Positions 1 to 11,145 of a DNA stretch of 64,000 nucleotides are shown here, piece by piece. A model generated the notes under the pieces. That model saw nothing but the letters and a program-made list of their open reading frames with translations. It ran no database searches and had not been told where the DNA came from. How positions within the stretch are numbered: the stretch's first letter is position 1; each line of letters begins with the position of its first letter. The translations under genes and the position numbers were made by a program. The stretch comes from an uncultured Candidatus Rokubacteria bacterium. Its GTDB lineage: Bacteria > Methylomirabilota > Methylomirabilia > Rokubacteriales > CSP1-6. The DNA lies in the NCBI GenBank assembly GCA_963747235.1, contig CAVVEU010000033.1, positions 32,001 through 96,000 of the forward strand, read 5' to 3'.

Positions 1-1131
1 GAGCGACGAGCCGGGCACGATCCGGAGGATCTCCGCCATGCGCTGCCGCGCCTTCTGCATCGCGATGCTGCCCGCCGCCACGTGGCCGCGTCCGGGCACG
101 CAGTAGCCCGCGGTCGAGACGTCGGGGTCGAGCTCCGCGGCGGTCTGGCAGCTCCGGACGGTCTGGACGTCCACGACGAGATCCATCAGGTGCTCGATCG
201 TCGGCTCGTGATCCTTGAGCCCCATCGCGTGCGCGCAGGCGAGCGCGAGCCCCAGCGTGAACTCGGCCTTGGCCAGCCAGGCGTAGAGCTGATGCCAGAA
301 GCACCAGGCGGCGATCGGGTCGGGCGACGGCTCGGTGAGGAACACCCGGTCCCACGGGACCAGCACCTCCTCGAGCCACATCTGCCCGTCCAGCTCGTCG
401 AAGCGGCTGCTCAGCGGAGCCAGGAACGGGTTCGCGTGGCGGGCCGAGACCTTCCGGCAGACCACGGTGACGCCGGGCGCGTTCACCGGCACGACGAACG
501 TGGCCCGGTGCCCGTCGCGGTCCACCCCGGAGTGCGCGCCGATGTACACGTCCTCCGCGTAGACCGGGCTCGTGTGCATCCCCACCTTGCCGCTCAGCAC
601 GAGACCGGCCCCGGTCTCGCGGACCACGCGGAGCGCCGCCCGTTGATCCGCGTCCTCGCGAAGCCGGTAGCCGATGGTGGCGGCGCCCGCGGAGAAGGTC
701 AGGAAGCGGCCGGTGCGGACGATCAGGTCACGATACGCGGCGGCGGCGGCGATCTGCTCCGGAGAGACATTGCGCTGCTGGACCACGTCGAGGATGCCGA
801 GGGCGATGAGGTTCCCGTAGCCGGGCGTGTGGGTCATGTTGCCCGCGGTCAGGAAGATGGTCCGGGCGTAGCTCCGGCCCATCGCGCGCAGATCGGCCGA
901 GGTCCGCGGCAGCGTGAACGCCCACGGCATCCGCGGGCCGCCGCCGTCGGCCGGCGCGAGCAGGACGTCCCGCCACGCGGGGTCGTGGTGGCGGTCGTAC
1001 CAGGCGACGTACTCGTCCACCATCGGCCGCGTGGCCGGATGGAGCGTCACGTCCTCGACGAGCCCCTCGCCGATGACCCAGACCCGGCGTCCGTCACGCA
1101 GGGCTTCACGATACTCACTCCCGGTTCTCAC
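1..1131 (-). CDS. 4-hydroxyphenylacetate 3-hydroxylase (HpaB)/4-hydroxybutyryl-CoA dehydratase family flavoprotein, 3' end runs off the window
   Basis: Not in the ORF track (no stop in window). Manual translation from GTG 1131 gives MRTGSEYREALRDGRRVWVIGEGLVEDVTLHPATR, a typical HpaB-family N-terminus. Same frame gives VLSGKVGMHTS at 541-600 and stays in register at position 1. Confidence 0.8.
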   Translation of the reverse strand, partial: MRTGSEYREALRDGRRVWVIGEGLVEDVTLHPATRPMVDEYVAWYDRHHDPAWRDVLLAPADGGGPRMPWAFTLPRTSADLRAMGRSYARTIFLTAGNMTHTPGYGNLIALGILDVVQQRNVSPEQIAAAAAYRDLIVRTGRFLTFSAGAATIGYRLREDADQRAALRVVRETGAGLVLSGKVGMHTSPVYAEDVYIGAHSGVDRDGHRATFVVPVNAPGVTVVCRKVSARHANPFLAPLSSRFDELDGQMWLEEVLVPWDRVFLTEPSPDPIAAWCFWHQLYAWLAKAEFTLGLALACAHAMGLKDHEPTIEHLMDLVVDVQTVRSCQTAAELDPDVSTAGYCVPGRGHVAAGSIAMQKARQRMAEILRIVPGSSL

Positions 1132-1260
1132 ACGCTGGCCTCGGCGCGTATCCTATCCCAAGACCACGCGCTCGGCATGCCCGCGGGGCGCTCCGGCTTG
1201 ACAGTCCCGCGCGCGCCCGGGTACTGTGCCGCCACCCACACTTCCCGGGAGGGAGAACCC

Positions 1261-2866
1261 ATGAAGCGCTTCTCGACAATGCTCGCCGTGTCGCTGGCCG
1301 TCTCGATGGTGGTCGTGGCCTGCGCGTCCATGCAGTCCGGAGGCGGCGATCTCGTGGCCCGGGCCGTCACGGCCCAGGGCGGCGCCGACGCCCTGGCCGC
1401 CGTCAAGACCATCTCCTACAAGGCGACGGTGCGACAGTGGGAGCCCGAGCAGTCCGCCAAGGCCGGCGGCGAGATGCGCCTGGCCGGCGACTCGACGGTG
1501 GTCTCGGTCACCGACGTGGCCGCGGGCGTCACGCGGACCGACTGGGTGCGCAACTTCCAGTACCCGGCCCCGCGCACCTTCACGTTCACCGAGATCGTCG
1601 CCCCGCAGGCCGGCTACGTGGCCGGCATCGACAGCAACGGCCGCACCAAGCAGAGCCGCGAGGCGAATCCGCCGGCGCATTCGATGTCGAGCCTCCGGCT
1701 CGCCACCGCCCAGCGCGAGCTGCTCGCCGCCTCGCCCCTGCTCGCGCTCGAGATGTCGAAGAGCCCGGACCGCGTCACGGGCGCCTCGAGCGTGACGGTC
1801 GGCGGCGTCCGGCATCCCGCGGTGGACTACCGGGTGGGCGGCCATACCCTGACCGTCCTCTTCGACCCGGCCACCGGGCTGCCCGCCCGCGTGCGCGCGC
1901 TCGACTACGACAACATCTGGGGCGACGTGACCTGGGACCTGGTGCTGGCCGACTGGCAGACGGTCGGGACGACCCGCATCGCGACGTCCCGCAAGTACGA
2001 GCTGAACGGCCGCACCGTGATGGACGTGAAGCTCAGCGACGTCACCCTGAACACGCCCGTCGCGGCGGACCGTCTCGCGATTCCCGCGCCCTTCCTCGCC
2101 ACCGCGCGCGCGGCCGGCGACCGCCGGCGTGCCGTACCAGTGGATCATCCGGCGGCAGTTCATCGGCGTATACCTCGATTCGGACCAGCCGAGCTACGAC
2201 ACGCAGAGCTCGCCCGGCCTCAAGCTCCAGGAGCTGGCCCCCGGCATCCAGCACGTGGTGGGCGGCTCGCACAACAGCCTGATCGTCGAGATGAAGGACC
2301 ACCTGATCGTGTTCGACGCGCCGGTCTCGGACTGGCAGTCCACCTGGACGATCAGCGCCGCGCGCGGCAAGTACGTGCGCAAGCCGGTGAAGTACCTCGT
2401 GCTCACGCATCACCACATGGACCACGCGGGCGGCATCCGGGCCTACGCCGACGCGGGAGCCACCATCGTCACCGGCCAGGGCACCGCCGAGCACTTCAAG
2501 CGCGTGCTCGCCGCGCCCTTCACCCGCAACCCCGTGATGAGCCCGAGCGACCTCACCCGCACCCCGATCGTCGAGGTGATGGGCAAGCACGTGCTGAGCG
2601 ACGGGACGCGCCAGGTCGAGCTGTACGTGATCGACCCCAACCCGCACGCGGACGGCCTGCTGATCGGCTACGTCCCCGACGCCAAGCTCGGCTTCGTGAC
2701 CGACATCTGGAGCCCCGGCGCCGGACCGCTGCCGGACAAGCTGAACCCGGGCCTGGCCGCGCTGGTGGCGGGCGTGAAGAAGGCGGGCATCGCCCCGGCG
2801 AAGTTCGCGGGCGGGCACGGCGGCGCGGCGGACTACGCGCCGCTGGCCGCGCTGGAGGGCAAGTAG
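1261..2866 (+). CDS. Lipoprotein with C-terminal metallo-beta-lactamase fold (frameshift ~2110)
   Basis: Signal peptide with lipobox-like VVAC. The downstream frame (2129-2866) carries THHHMDHAGG and the later H/D/H ligands. Confidence 0.75.
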
Positions 2867-4535
2867 CTAGCCCGGGACGCGCCGGAGCCTCACGCCCTTC
2901 AATCGCTCCAGGGTGACGACGGCGCCCGCCACGGCGCCGTCGTCGCCGCGCTCGAACCGGAACACGTGGCGGTACGCGATCCCCGGCGCCGTCGGGCGGA
3001 CGAGGAAGATGTCGGGCGCGATCGGCTCCATGACGAACCTCAGGGCGCGGGCCGCGCCCGGCCCGTACTCGACGGTCAGCGCGCCATCCCGGATGCGGAT
3101 GGAGTGCCGGCTGCCGATCTCGGAGCTCTCGTAGCGGCCGGTGAAGGGCCCCAGCGCATCGGTGGCATAGCGTGGCGCGCGGGCCTTGCGCAGCGCGATT
3201 CGCTGGCCGCCGAGGTTCATCCGACAGATGACGTCGCCCGGGCGCGGGCCGAGCTCCATCCGAAGCTCGACGGGAACCGTCGCCCGGTAGTCGTCCCCGT
3301 CCCGGAAGACGCCGCTTCCCTCGCCGTAGAGAAAGACCGGGTCGCCCAGCGTTTCGCCACGAAGGACGCCGTCCTCGACCGTGAGCGCCACCCATTCCCC
3401 GGTCTCGAGATCGACGTAGCTGCCTTCCACCGCTGACATCTGCCCGCCCGTGAGCGCCGTCTCCGCGGAACGCCGTCCGGCCGCGGCGGCCGGATGCGGC
3501 TCGGGAAAGTCGTCGCCGATCAGCTCCGCCATGATCGAGGCGGCCAGCGTCGCGGGACTCGTGTCTTCCCGATTCGAGAGGATCACCACCCCGAGGTCGC
3601 GCGCCGGCACGTAGGCGACGTGCGCCTTGTACCCGGGCTGGCTGCCGGTATGGCAGAGCACGGTCAGCCCGCGATAGCGCCGCACCGCCAGGCCCAGCCC
3701 GTAGTGGATCGGCGTGCCGTCCCGCAATCGCGTCCGCTCGGCCATCGCCGCGGTCACGGCGACGCCGTTGACCGTGCCCGTCCGCAGGGCCAGGAGCCAG
3801 CGGGTGAGATCCCCGAGCGTGGTCGTGAGGGTGTCGGCCGCGATGCCGAGGAGATCGCGGGACCGCGACCACCCGCCGCGGCCATCCGGCACGTAGGGCT
3901 CGGCCAGGTCCGGCACGAAGACGCCGTCGTGGGGGCGCGCGCTCGTCGCGGTCAGGCCGAGCGGCTCGTAGAGCGCGGCGCGGCGAAACGTGTCGGCGGG
4001 CATGCCGCTCACGCGCGCGATCAGCTCGTCCAGCAGCAGCACGTTGACGTTCGCGTACATGTACTGGGCGCCGGGCGGCGCGCTCACCGCGGTCTGTCGA
4101 TACGCCAGGTCGAGCAGCTCCCGCGTCCTCGACGGCCCGGACGTCCAGACCCCGCGCAGCCGCTCGATCTCGAGCACGTCCCGGAGGCCGCTCGTCATCG
4201 ACAGGAGATGGCGGATCGTCACCGCGTTCGCCCCGGGCAGCTCGGGCCGGCAGCTCGGGAATATATAGACGGATGTCGTCGTCGAGGCGCAGCGCGCCCC
4301 GCGCCGCCAGCACGAGCACCGCCGCCGCGACGAAGGTCTTCGAGACCGAGACGATGTGGAACCGCGTCTCCGGACCGATCGGGATCCGGGGCTCGAGGCT
4401 GGATAGCCCGACGTACCGCTGCGCGATGACCTCGCCGCCGCGGATCACCGACACCGCGACGCCCGGCTCGTCGGCGCCCTGCTCGGTCAAGCGCTCGACG
4501 AGGGCCAGCACGCGATCGTCGGCGGCCTGAGGCAT
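2867..4535 (-). CDS. Serine hydrolase, AmpC/beta-lactamase family (frameshift ~4235)
   Basis: SVSK (SxxK), YAN (YxN) and HTG motifs, plus TIRHLLSMTSGL. Split over two frames. Confidence 0.8.
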
Positions 4536-4620
4536 CGGCCGAAGGGTGCTCCGGACCGGCGGGCGGAGTCAAGGGCGGGCCTCGACCCGCACCGGGCGGC
4601 TGTGGTAAGCATGGCGGCCT

Positions 4621-5814
4621 ATGGACAAAGCGCTCGCCGGCATCCGAGTCGTCGATCTGACGAACAACCAGGCGGGGCCGTCGTGCGGCCAGATGCTGGC
4701 GTGGCTGGGCGCCGACGTGATCAAGGTCGAGGAGCCGGGCAAGGGGGACGTGGCCCGGTACTCCCAGCGCGATCGCCCCGGCGAAGACGCGCTGTTCTTC
4801 CTGTCCTTCAACGGCAACAAGCGGAGCCTGACGCTCAACCTGAAGCACGCGCGCGGCCAGGAGGTCTTCCGCGCGCTGCTGAAGAAGGCCGACGTGCTGC
4901 TGGAGAACTTCGGCCCCGGCGTCATCGAGCGCCTGGGCTTCGGCTACGACGCGGTCCGCGCGCTCAACCCGCGCCTGGTCTACGCGAGCATCAAGGGCTT
5001 CGGCTCCTACGGGCCCTATCGCGACTACAAGAGCTACGAGCCGATCGCGCAGGCGATGGGCGGGGCCATGAGCGTCACCGGCTTCCCGGGCGGGCCGCCC
5101 ACCTTCACGTGGCCGTCCATCGGCGACTCCGGCACCGGCATGCACTGCGTGATCGGCATCCTCGCCGCGCTGATGCAGCGGCACGCCAGCGGCCAGGGGC
5201 AGCAGGTCGAGGTGTCCATGCAGGACGCGGTGGTCAACCTCATCCGGGTGAGCCTGCGCGACCACCAGCGCTTCGGGAAGGTCATGGAGCGCACCGGCAA
5301 CCAGCTCGGCGCGGGCGTGCCGGGCACGACGTACCGCTGCCACCCGGGCGGCCCCAACGACTACGTGTTCATCTTCGTGCAGCAGCAGATGTGGCACCCG
5401 CTGCTGCGCGCGATCGGCCGCGAGGACCTGATCGGCGACGCGCGCTACGAGGCGCCGGACGCCCGCTGGCGCAATCGCGCCGAGGTGGACAAGCTGGTCG
5501 AGAGCTGGACCTCCGAGCGCCCGAAGCACGACGTGATGAAGATCCTGGGCGAGGCCGGGGTACCGTGCGGGGCCTGTCTCGACACCGGCGAGGTGCTGAC
5601 CGACCCGCACCTGCTCGCGCGCGAGATGATCGTGGAGGTCGAGCACCCGGTGCGCGGGCGGTACCTGACCGTCGGCAACCCGATCAAGCTCTCCGCCTCG
5701 CCGACCACCATCGAGCCGTCCCCGCTGCTGGGCCAGCACCGCGAGGAGATCCTCGCCGAGCTGGGCTACACCGAGGCCGACATCCGCGCGCTCGCCGCCG
5801 AGGGCGCGATCTAG
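4621..5814 (+). CDS. Class III CoA-transferase (CaiB/BaiF, formyl-CoA transferase-like)
   Basis: ALAGIRVVDLTNNQAGP, LGADVIKVE, NKRSLTLNLK, ENFGPG; catalytic Asp in SIGDSGTG. Confidence 0.92.
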   Translation: MDKALAGIRVVDLTNNQAGPSCGQMLAWLGADVIKVEEPGKGDVARYSQRDRPGEDALFFLSFNGNKRSLTLNLKHARGQEVFRALLKKADVLLENFGPGVIERLGFGYDAVRALNPRLVYASIKGFGSYGPYRDYKSYEPIAQAMGGAMSVTGFPGGPPTFTWPSIGDSGTGMHCVIGILAALMQRHASGQGQQVEVSMQDAVVNLIRVSLRDHQRFGKVMERTGNQLGAGVPGTTYRCHPGGPNDYVFIFVQQQMWHPLLRAIGREDLIGDARYEAPDARWRNRAEVDKLVESWTSERPKHDVMKILGEAGVPCGACLDTGEVLTDPHLLAREMIVEVEHPVRGRYLTVGNPIKLSASPTTIEPSPLLGQHREEILAELGYTEADIRALAAEGAI

Positions 5815-6302
5815 ATCAGAAACGACAGGTTCGGCAGCGGCTCGGCCGCGTTGATCAGCACGACCTTCTTGAGGCTCATCCGCAGCGCGCCGTCCACGCG
5901 CCGCAGGTGATGCGTGGCGCGCCCCACCCACCAGTGCATCTCGGCCTTGGCCTGGACGGACAGCTCGGCCAGGATGAAGTTCGAGCCCGCGACGAGCTGG
6001 CCGTCCCGTCCATCGACCACCTCGATGTTCGAGATGAGGCGCCGCATCAGGGACGCGGGCTCCTGGCTGTAGCGGTGGCCGGTCTGCAGCAGCTTGATCC
6101 GGGTCTCGAGGCGGGCGCGGTTGTCGTAGATGTGCGAGATGCGCGTCTCCGGATCGGCGTCGGGATCGGTGCTGGCCGGCACCCAGTAGACCGCGTCGTC
6201 GGTCCAGAGCGCGAGCCACTCGGCGTAGCGGGCCTCGTCGGCCAGGCGCGCCTCCCGATAGAGGAACTCGACGACCGCCTGGTGGTCCTGGTCGCTGACC
6301 AT
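5811..6302 (-). CDS. Aromatic ring-hydroxylating dioxygenase beta subunit
   Basis: FLYREARLADEARYAEWLALWTDDAVYWVP; directly downstream of an alpha subunit. Confidence 0.88.
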   Translation of the reverse strand: MVSDQDHQAVVEFLYREARLADEARYAEWLALWTDDAVYWVPASTDPDADPETRISHIYDNRARLETRIKLLQTGHRYSQEPASLMRRLISNIEVVDGRDGQLVAGSNFILAELSVQAKAEMHWWVGRATHHLRRVDGALRMSLKKVVLINAAEPLPNLSFLI

Positions 6303-6316
6303 CGCGGCGGCGCGCG

Positions 6317-7589
6317 CTACGCCTCGGTCATGACCGCGCGGTAGTGCCGCCAGAGCGCCCGGTTCGTGGTCTCGTCGGTGACGTGGGAGACCGCGCGGCC
6401 CTGGTCGTCCACGTACTCGCGGTTGAGGCCGCGGCTGAGCAGCAGCCACTCCGGCGTGCGCGCGCGCAGGCCCTGCTGGTTGCGGGTGGCGATGATCAGA
6501 TCCTCCGGCATCAGGAAGGACGCGGGGCCCATGCCCGCCTCGGCCATCCGCAGCAGGCGCCCGTTGAACTCGGGCACGCCCTTCCAGAACATCGGCGTGT
6601 GCCAGTGCACGCACTCCTCCACGTCCAGCGGCTCGACGATCGCGATGTTGGTCTCCCCGAGAAATAGATTGGGGAAGATCAGCGCGTGCGCGGGGCCCTG
6701 CATGATTCGCTGCCGCGCCAGCTCGGGCCCATCGCGGCGCTCGAGGGCGGCCACGAAGTCCGCGACCACCGAGCCCGAGGCGCCGCCGAACCACTCGAAC
6801 GGGTCCCGGTAGCCGGGCGACCAGTCGATCTCGATGTGGCCGTGCCCCCAGTCGCGCACCACCGCCTTGATGGCCTTCTCGTCGCCGACCACGCGCTGGT
6901 ACTGCATGCGCACCGTCTTGAAGAGCGCGAGATGCACGAAGCCCAGATGGTAGCCGTCGCTGTCGTTCTCGGGCAGCGTCTTCCAGTTGGCCGCGCAGCG
7001 ATGCTTCACCCAGCCCGCGGTCAGCTCGATCTCGCCCACGGGGGAGAGATCGCACGAGCGGTCGATCAGCCGGGTCGCGGCGCCCAGGTGCTCGAGGAGC
7101 GTGATGCCGGTCGGCGCGAACGACGCGAAGACGAACCCCCGGTAGCTCGACACGCGCGGGGCCGCCTCGAGGCCGTACTCCCGCTTGTCGAGCGCCGCGT
7201 AGCCGCCCGGATAGGGCACGCCCGTGAGCGCGCCGTCCAGGTCGTAGGTCCAGCCGTGGTAGGGGCAGGCGAACGTGCGGGCGTGGCCGCGCTCCGCCGG
7301 GCACAGCATCGTCCCGCGGTGCCGGCAGCGGTTGACGAAGACCGAGACCGCGCCCTCGCGGCCGCGGACCATGATGACCGGCTGGGCGCCGATCCGGCGG
7401 GTGACGTAGTCGCCCGGGCGCGGGATCTCGCTGGCGTGGCCGACGAAGACCCACCCGCGGTGGAAGATCCGATCCATCTCGTCGGCGAAGATGCGCGGGT
7501 CGGTGTAGAGCGAGGCATGAATGCGATCGTCCTGCACCAGCGTCTTGTAGTCGACGCGGGGGCGGGGCTCGCCCGTCAGGCGTAGACAT
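6317..7589 (-). CDS. Rieske ring-hydroxylating oxygenase alpha subunit (probable 1-nt indel in homopolymer ~7560)
   Basis: CRHRG...CPYHGW Rieske motif and ENDSDGYHLGFVH mononuclear iron motif. Removing one base of the homopolymer joins ATG 7589 (MSTPDGRAPP) to RVDYKTLV. Confidence 0.88.
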
Positions 7590-8559
7590 CCTCGTCCACC
7601 TGGCCCGGGGCGGGGAACGGAGCGGCCAGCGCGAACTGCACGCCGCTCTCGATCTCGGTCTTCACGTCCGCCTGGATGCGGTCGAAGACGGACTGCTCGG
7701 CGAGCCGCTGCTGCATGAGGCGCGAGGACAGCGTCTCGAGCGGATCGCGGTTGGTCATCCAGTCCCGCTCCTCGTCGCGGGTCCGGTACTCCCGGTTCAC
7801 GTCGCCCACGTGGTGGCCGTAGTACCGGTAGGTCTTGCACTCGAGGAAGGCGGGGCCCTCGCCGCGACGCGCCCGCTCCACCAGGCGCTTCATCGTGGCG
7901 TGCACCGCCTGCACGTCCTGCCCGTCCACGCTCTCGGCGTGCACGCCCATCGCGCGCGGGCGGGCCAGGATCTCCCCGCCGATCGTCTCGGTGCCGGGGG
8001 TGTACTCGCCGTAGAGATTGTTCTCGCACACGTAGATGACGGGCAGCTTCCAGAGCGAGGCCATGTTCATGGCCTCGTAGAGCAGGCCCTGCCCGAGCGC
8101 GCCGTCGCCGAAGAAGCACACCGCGACCTGGCCGCTCTTGCGCATCTTGGCGGAGAGCGCGGCGCCGGTGGCGAGGCCGGCGGAGCCGCCCACGATGGCG
8201 TTGGCGCCGAGGTTGCCCGTCTCGGGATCGGCGATGTGCATGGAGCCGCCCTTGCCGCGGCAGTAGCCCGCTTCCTTGCCGAGCAGCTCCGCGAACATCC
8301 GGCTCACCGAGGCGCCCTTGGCCAGGCAGTGGCCGTGGCCGCGATGCGTGCTGGTGATGTAGTCGTCGCGCTTGAGCGCCTCGCAGACCCCGACCGCGAC
8401 CGCTTCCTCCCCGACGTAGAGATGGGCCAAGCCCGGCATCTTCGCGCCCTTGTAGAGCTCGTTCACCTGCTCCTCGAAGGCGCGGATCTTGGCCATCTGG
8501 CGGTACATGTGGAGGTGCTGCTCCAGGTCCATCCGCGGCTCGGTCATCTGGGTGCTCAT
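7576..8559 (-). CDS. ThDP-dependent 2-oxoacid/acetoin dehydrogenase E1 alpha subunit
   Basis: THRGHGH, GKGGSMH, GDGA...ENN ThDP motif, YRYYGHH. Confidence 0.92.
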   Translation of the reverse strand: MSTQMTEPRMDLEQHLHMYRQMAKIRAFEEQVNELYKGAKMPGLAHLYVGEEAVAVGVCEALKRDDYITSTHRGHGHCLAKGASVSRMFAELLGKEAGYCRGKGGSMHIADPETGNLGANAIVGGSAGLATGAALSAKMRKSGQVAVCFFGDGALGQGLLYEAMNMASLWKLPVIYVCENNLYGEYTPGTETIGGEILARPRAMGVHAESVDGQDVQAVHATMKRLVERARRGEGPAFLECKTYRYYGHHVGDVNREYRTRDEERDWMTNRDPLETLSSRLMQQRLAEQSVFDRIQADVKTEIESGVQFALAAPFPAPGQVDEDVYA

Positions 8560-8648
8560 CGGTCTGCCCTCCCTTGGGCTCCGGCTCTGTGGCGGGAGTA
8601 TACATTGGACCGGCCCGGCTCGCGGAGGCCGTGCTACGGTCGGGATCG

Positions 8649-10143
8649 GTGGCGCCCGAGGCCGCATCCGCTCGCCCAGCACCGTCTCTCCAAGTCCCGC
8701 GCCATGGCGGGACTGCAGTGCCACAAACTGCTCTGGTGGATGGCGCACGAGCCGGCCGCGACCGAGCTCGACGTGGACGACGCGCAACAGGCCGTCTACG
8801 ACCAGGGCCACCGGGTCGGCGCGCTGGCCCGGACCTATGTGCCGGGCGGCGTGCTCGTGGACCTGCCGCATAACGCCTACGAGCCGCGGCTCGAGGCGAC
8901 GCGGCAGGCCCTCGCGCAGGGCGCCCCCGCGGTCTACGAGGCGGCCTTCCGGGCCGACGGCGTCTTCGTCTCGGTGGATATCCTCGAGCGCCGGGAGCGC
9001 GGCTTCTGCCTGACCGAGGTCAAGTCCACGACGGGCGTGAAGCTGCAGCACGTGGCCGACGTGGCGGTCCAGGCCCACGTGCTGCGGCGGAGCGGGCTCG
9101 ACATCGGCCGGATGGAGGTCATGCACCTCAACCGCGCCTGCACGTATCCGGACCTGAGCAATCTCTTCACGCGGGCCGACGTGACGGAGTCGGTCGAGGC
9201 GCGGCTGGCCGCGGTCCCGGGTGAGATCGCGGCGATGACCGCCATGCTCGCGGGCCCCCTGCCGACCGTGGCGACCGGCCCGCACTGCGCAAAGCCCTAC
9301 GCCTGCCCGTTCACCGAGCGCTGCTGGCCGGTGCTGCCGCCGTACCACGTCGGCACGCTTCGCGCGATGCAGCGGCGCCTGCTGGAGCTGGACGAGCAGG
9401 GGTACCGCAGCATCCTCGACCTGCCGGAGGACCTGCCGCTCGGGCCGATCGCCGATCGGCAGCGACGGGCGGTGCAGGCGGGGCGCGTCGTGGCGGAGCG
9501 CACGCTCGGCGCGGCCCTCGGCGCGTTTGCCGCGCCGCTGGCCTTCCTCGACTTCGAGACCGTCGGGCTCGCCATCCCGGTGTGGGACGGCTGCCATCCC
9601 TACGACGCGGTGCCCGTGCAGTTCAGCGCCTACGTGCCGGCCGCGGACGGGGCGCTGCACGCCCACGCCTGGCTCGCGGACGGACCCGGCGATCCGCGCC
9701 CGGCGGCGGCCGAGCGGCTCCTCGCCGCCTGCGAGGGCACCGGCGCCATCGTGGCGTATGGCGCGGGCTTCGAGCGCGAGCGCATCCGGGAGCTCGCGGC
9801 GGCGCTGCCGCACCTGGCTACCCGCCTCGAGACCCTCGCGGGACGGCTGGTGGACCTGTTGCCCGTGGTGCGCAATCACGTTTATCATCCGGACTTCGGC
9901 GGCAGCTTCTCGCTCAAGCGCGTGCTGCCCGCGCTGGTGCCCGAGATGAGCTATCGCGGGCTCGCGATCGCCGATGGCGAGACGGCGAGCCTCGAGCTGG
10001 GGCGCCTGCTCTTCCACGGGGACGCGATGGAACCGGAGGAGCGGGCACGGCTGCGCGCGGATCTGCTCGCGTACTGCCATCAGGACACGTGGGGGTTGGT
10101 CAGGCTGCTGGAGCGGCTGCGCGGCCTGGCGGAGGGAGCATGA
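8649..10143 (+). CDS. DUF2779-type protein: PD-(D/E)XK nuclease-like N-terminus plus RNase H-like/DEDD domain (start uncertain, possible indel ~8680)
   Basis: LSKS...GLQCHKLLW N-terminus, VDIL...EVKSTT, C-x4-C-x4-C cluster (CAKPYACPFTERC), LDFET, GSFSLKRVLP, LLAYCHQDT. Confidence 0.8.
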
Positions 10144-11138
10144 CCGGACCGATCGACGTCCACACGCACATCTTCGCGAGCGGCTGGCCGGATTTCGCGG
10201 CGCGCCACGGCGGCGACCGCTGGCCGCGGCTCGAGGGCGACCCGGCCACCGGGTGCAAGCTCTACCTGGGCGCGACGTTCAATCGCAACCTCACGCCGCA
10301 CGCCTTCGACCCCGCGCGCCGGCTCGAGCAGATGGACAAGACCGGCGTGGATCGCCAGCTCCTCTCCCCCGCCCCGCCGACCTTCTGCTACTGGGCGCCC
10401 GGGCCCGCCGCGGCCGAGTGGTGCCGGATGCAGAACGACGCGATCGCGGAGCTGGTCAGCCGGAGCCCCGCGCGCTTCCTCGGCGCGGGCGGGCTACCGC
10501 TGCAGGCGCCCGACCTGGCCGTGAAGGAGCTGGAGCGCGTGGCCACCGTGCTGCGCTTCCCCGCGGTGGAGATCGGCGCCAATGTCGGCGGCAACGATCT
10601 CGACGATGCGAGCCTGGCTCCGGTGTGGGACGCGGCGGCCGCGCTCGGCATCGCGATCTTCGTCCACCCGCAGGCGCCGATCCTGGGCGATCCGCGCTTC
10701 CGCAAGAACAACCTGACGCAGGTCGCGGGGTTCCCGCTCGAGACCGCGCTCGCGATGACGCGGGTGATCTTCGGCGGCGTGCTCGACCGCTGGCCCACCG
10801 TGCGCTGGTGCTTCGCCCACGGCGGCGGCGCCTTCGCGTACATCTTGCCGCGGCTCGACCAGGGCTGGAGCGCGATCCCGGACGCGAAGCACGCGCTCGC
10901 CCAGCCTCCCAGCGCCTACGCGCGGCGGGTCTGGGTGGACTCGCTGACGCTCTCACCCAAGGTACTGGCGTTCGCGCTCGACACCTTCGGGTCCGAGCGC
11001 ATCGTGCTCGGGAGCGACTACCCGTTCAAGATGGGTGTGGACGATCCGGTGAGCGCGCTGGACGCGCTCGCGCTGGACGCGGCCACGCGGCAGCGGCTCA
11101 TCGTGGACAATGCCCGGCAGTTCCTCGCCCTACCATGA
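10140..11138 (+). CDS. Amidohydrolase_2 family decarboxylase (ACMSD-like)
   Basis: IDVHTH, FVHP, AHGGGAF, LGSDYPF; ATGA overlap with the upstream gene. Confidence 0.88.
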   Translation: MTGPIDVHTHIFASGWPDFAARHGGDRWPRLEGDPATGCKLYLGATFNRNLTPHAFDPARRLEQMDKTGVDRQLLSPAPPTFCYWAPGPAAAEWCRMQNDAIAELVSRSPARFLGAGGLPLQAPDLAVKELERVATVLRFPAVEIGANVGGNDLDDASLAPVWDAAAALGIAIFVHPQAPILGDPRFRKNNLTQVAGFPLETALAMTRVIFGGVLDRWPTVRWCFAHGGGAFAYILPRLDQGWSAIPDAKHALAQPPSAYARRVWVDSLTLSPKVLAFALDTFGSERIVLGSDYPFKMGVDDPVSALDALALDAATRQRLIVDNARQFLALP

Positions 11139-11145
11139 GGAGATC

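Noticed and set aside
1261-4535. MBL-fold and AmpC-like genes as antibiotic resistance determinants
   Set aside because: Both are large multi-domain members of broad hydrolase superfamilies; nothing in the sequence indicates beta-lactam specificity.
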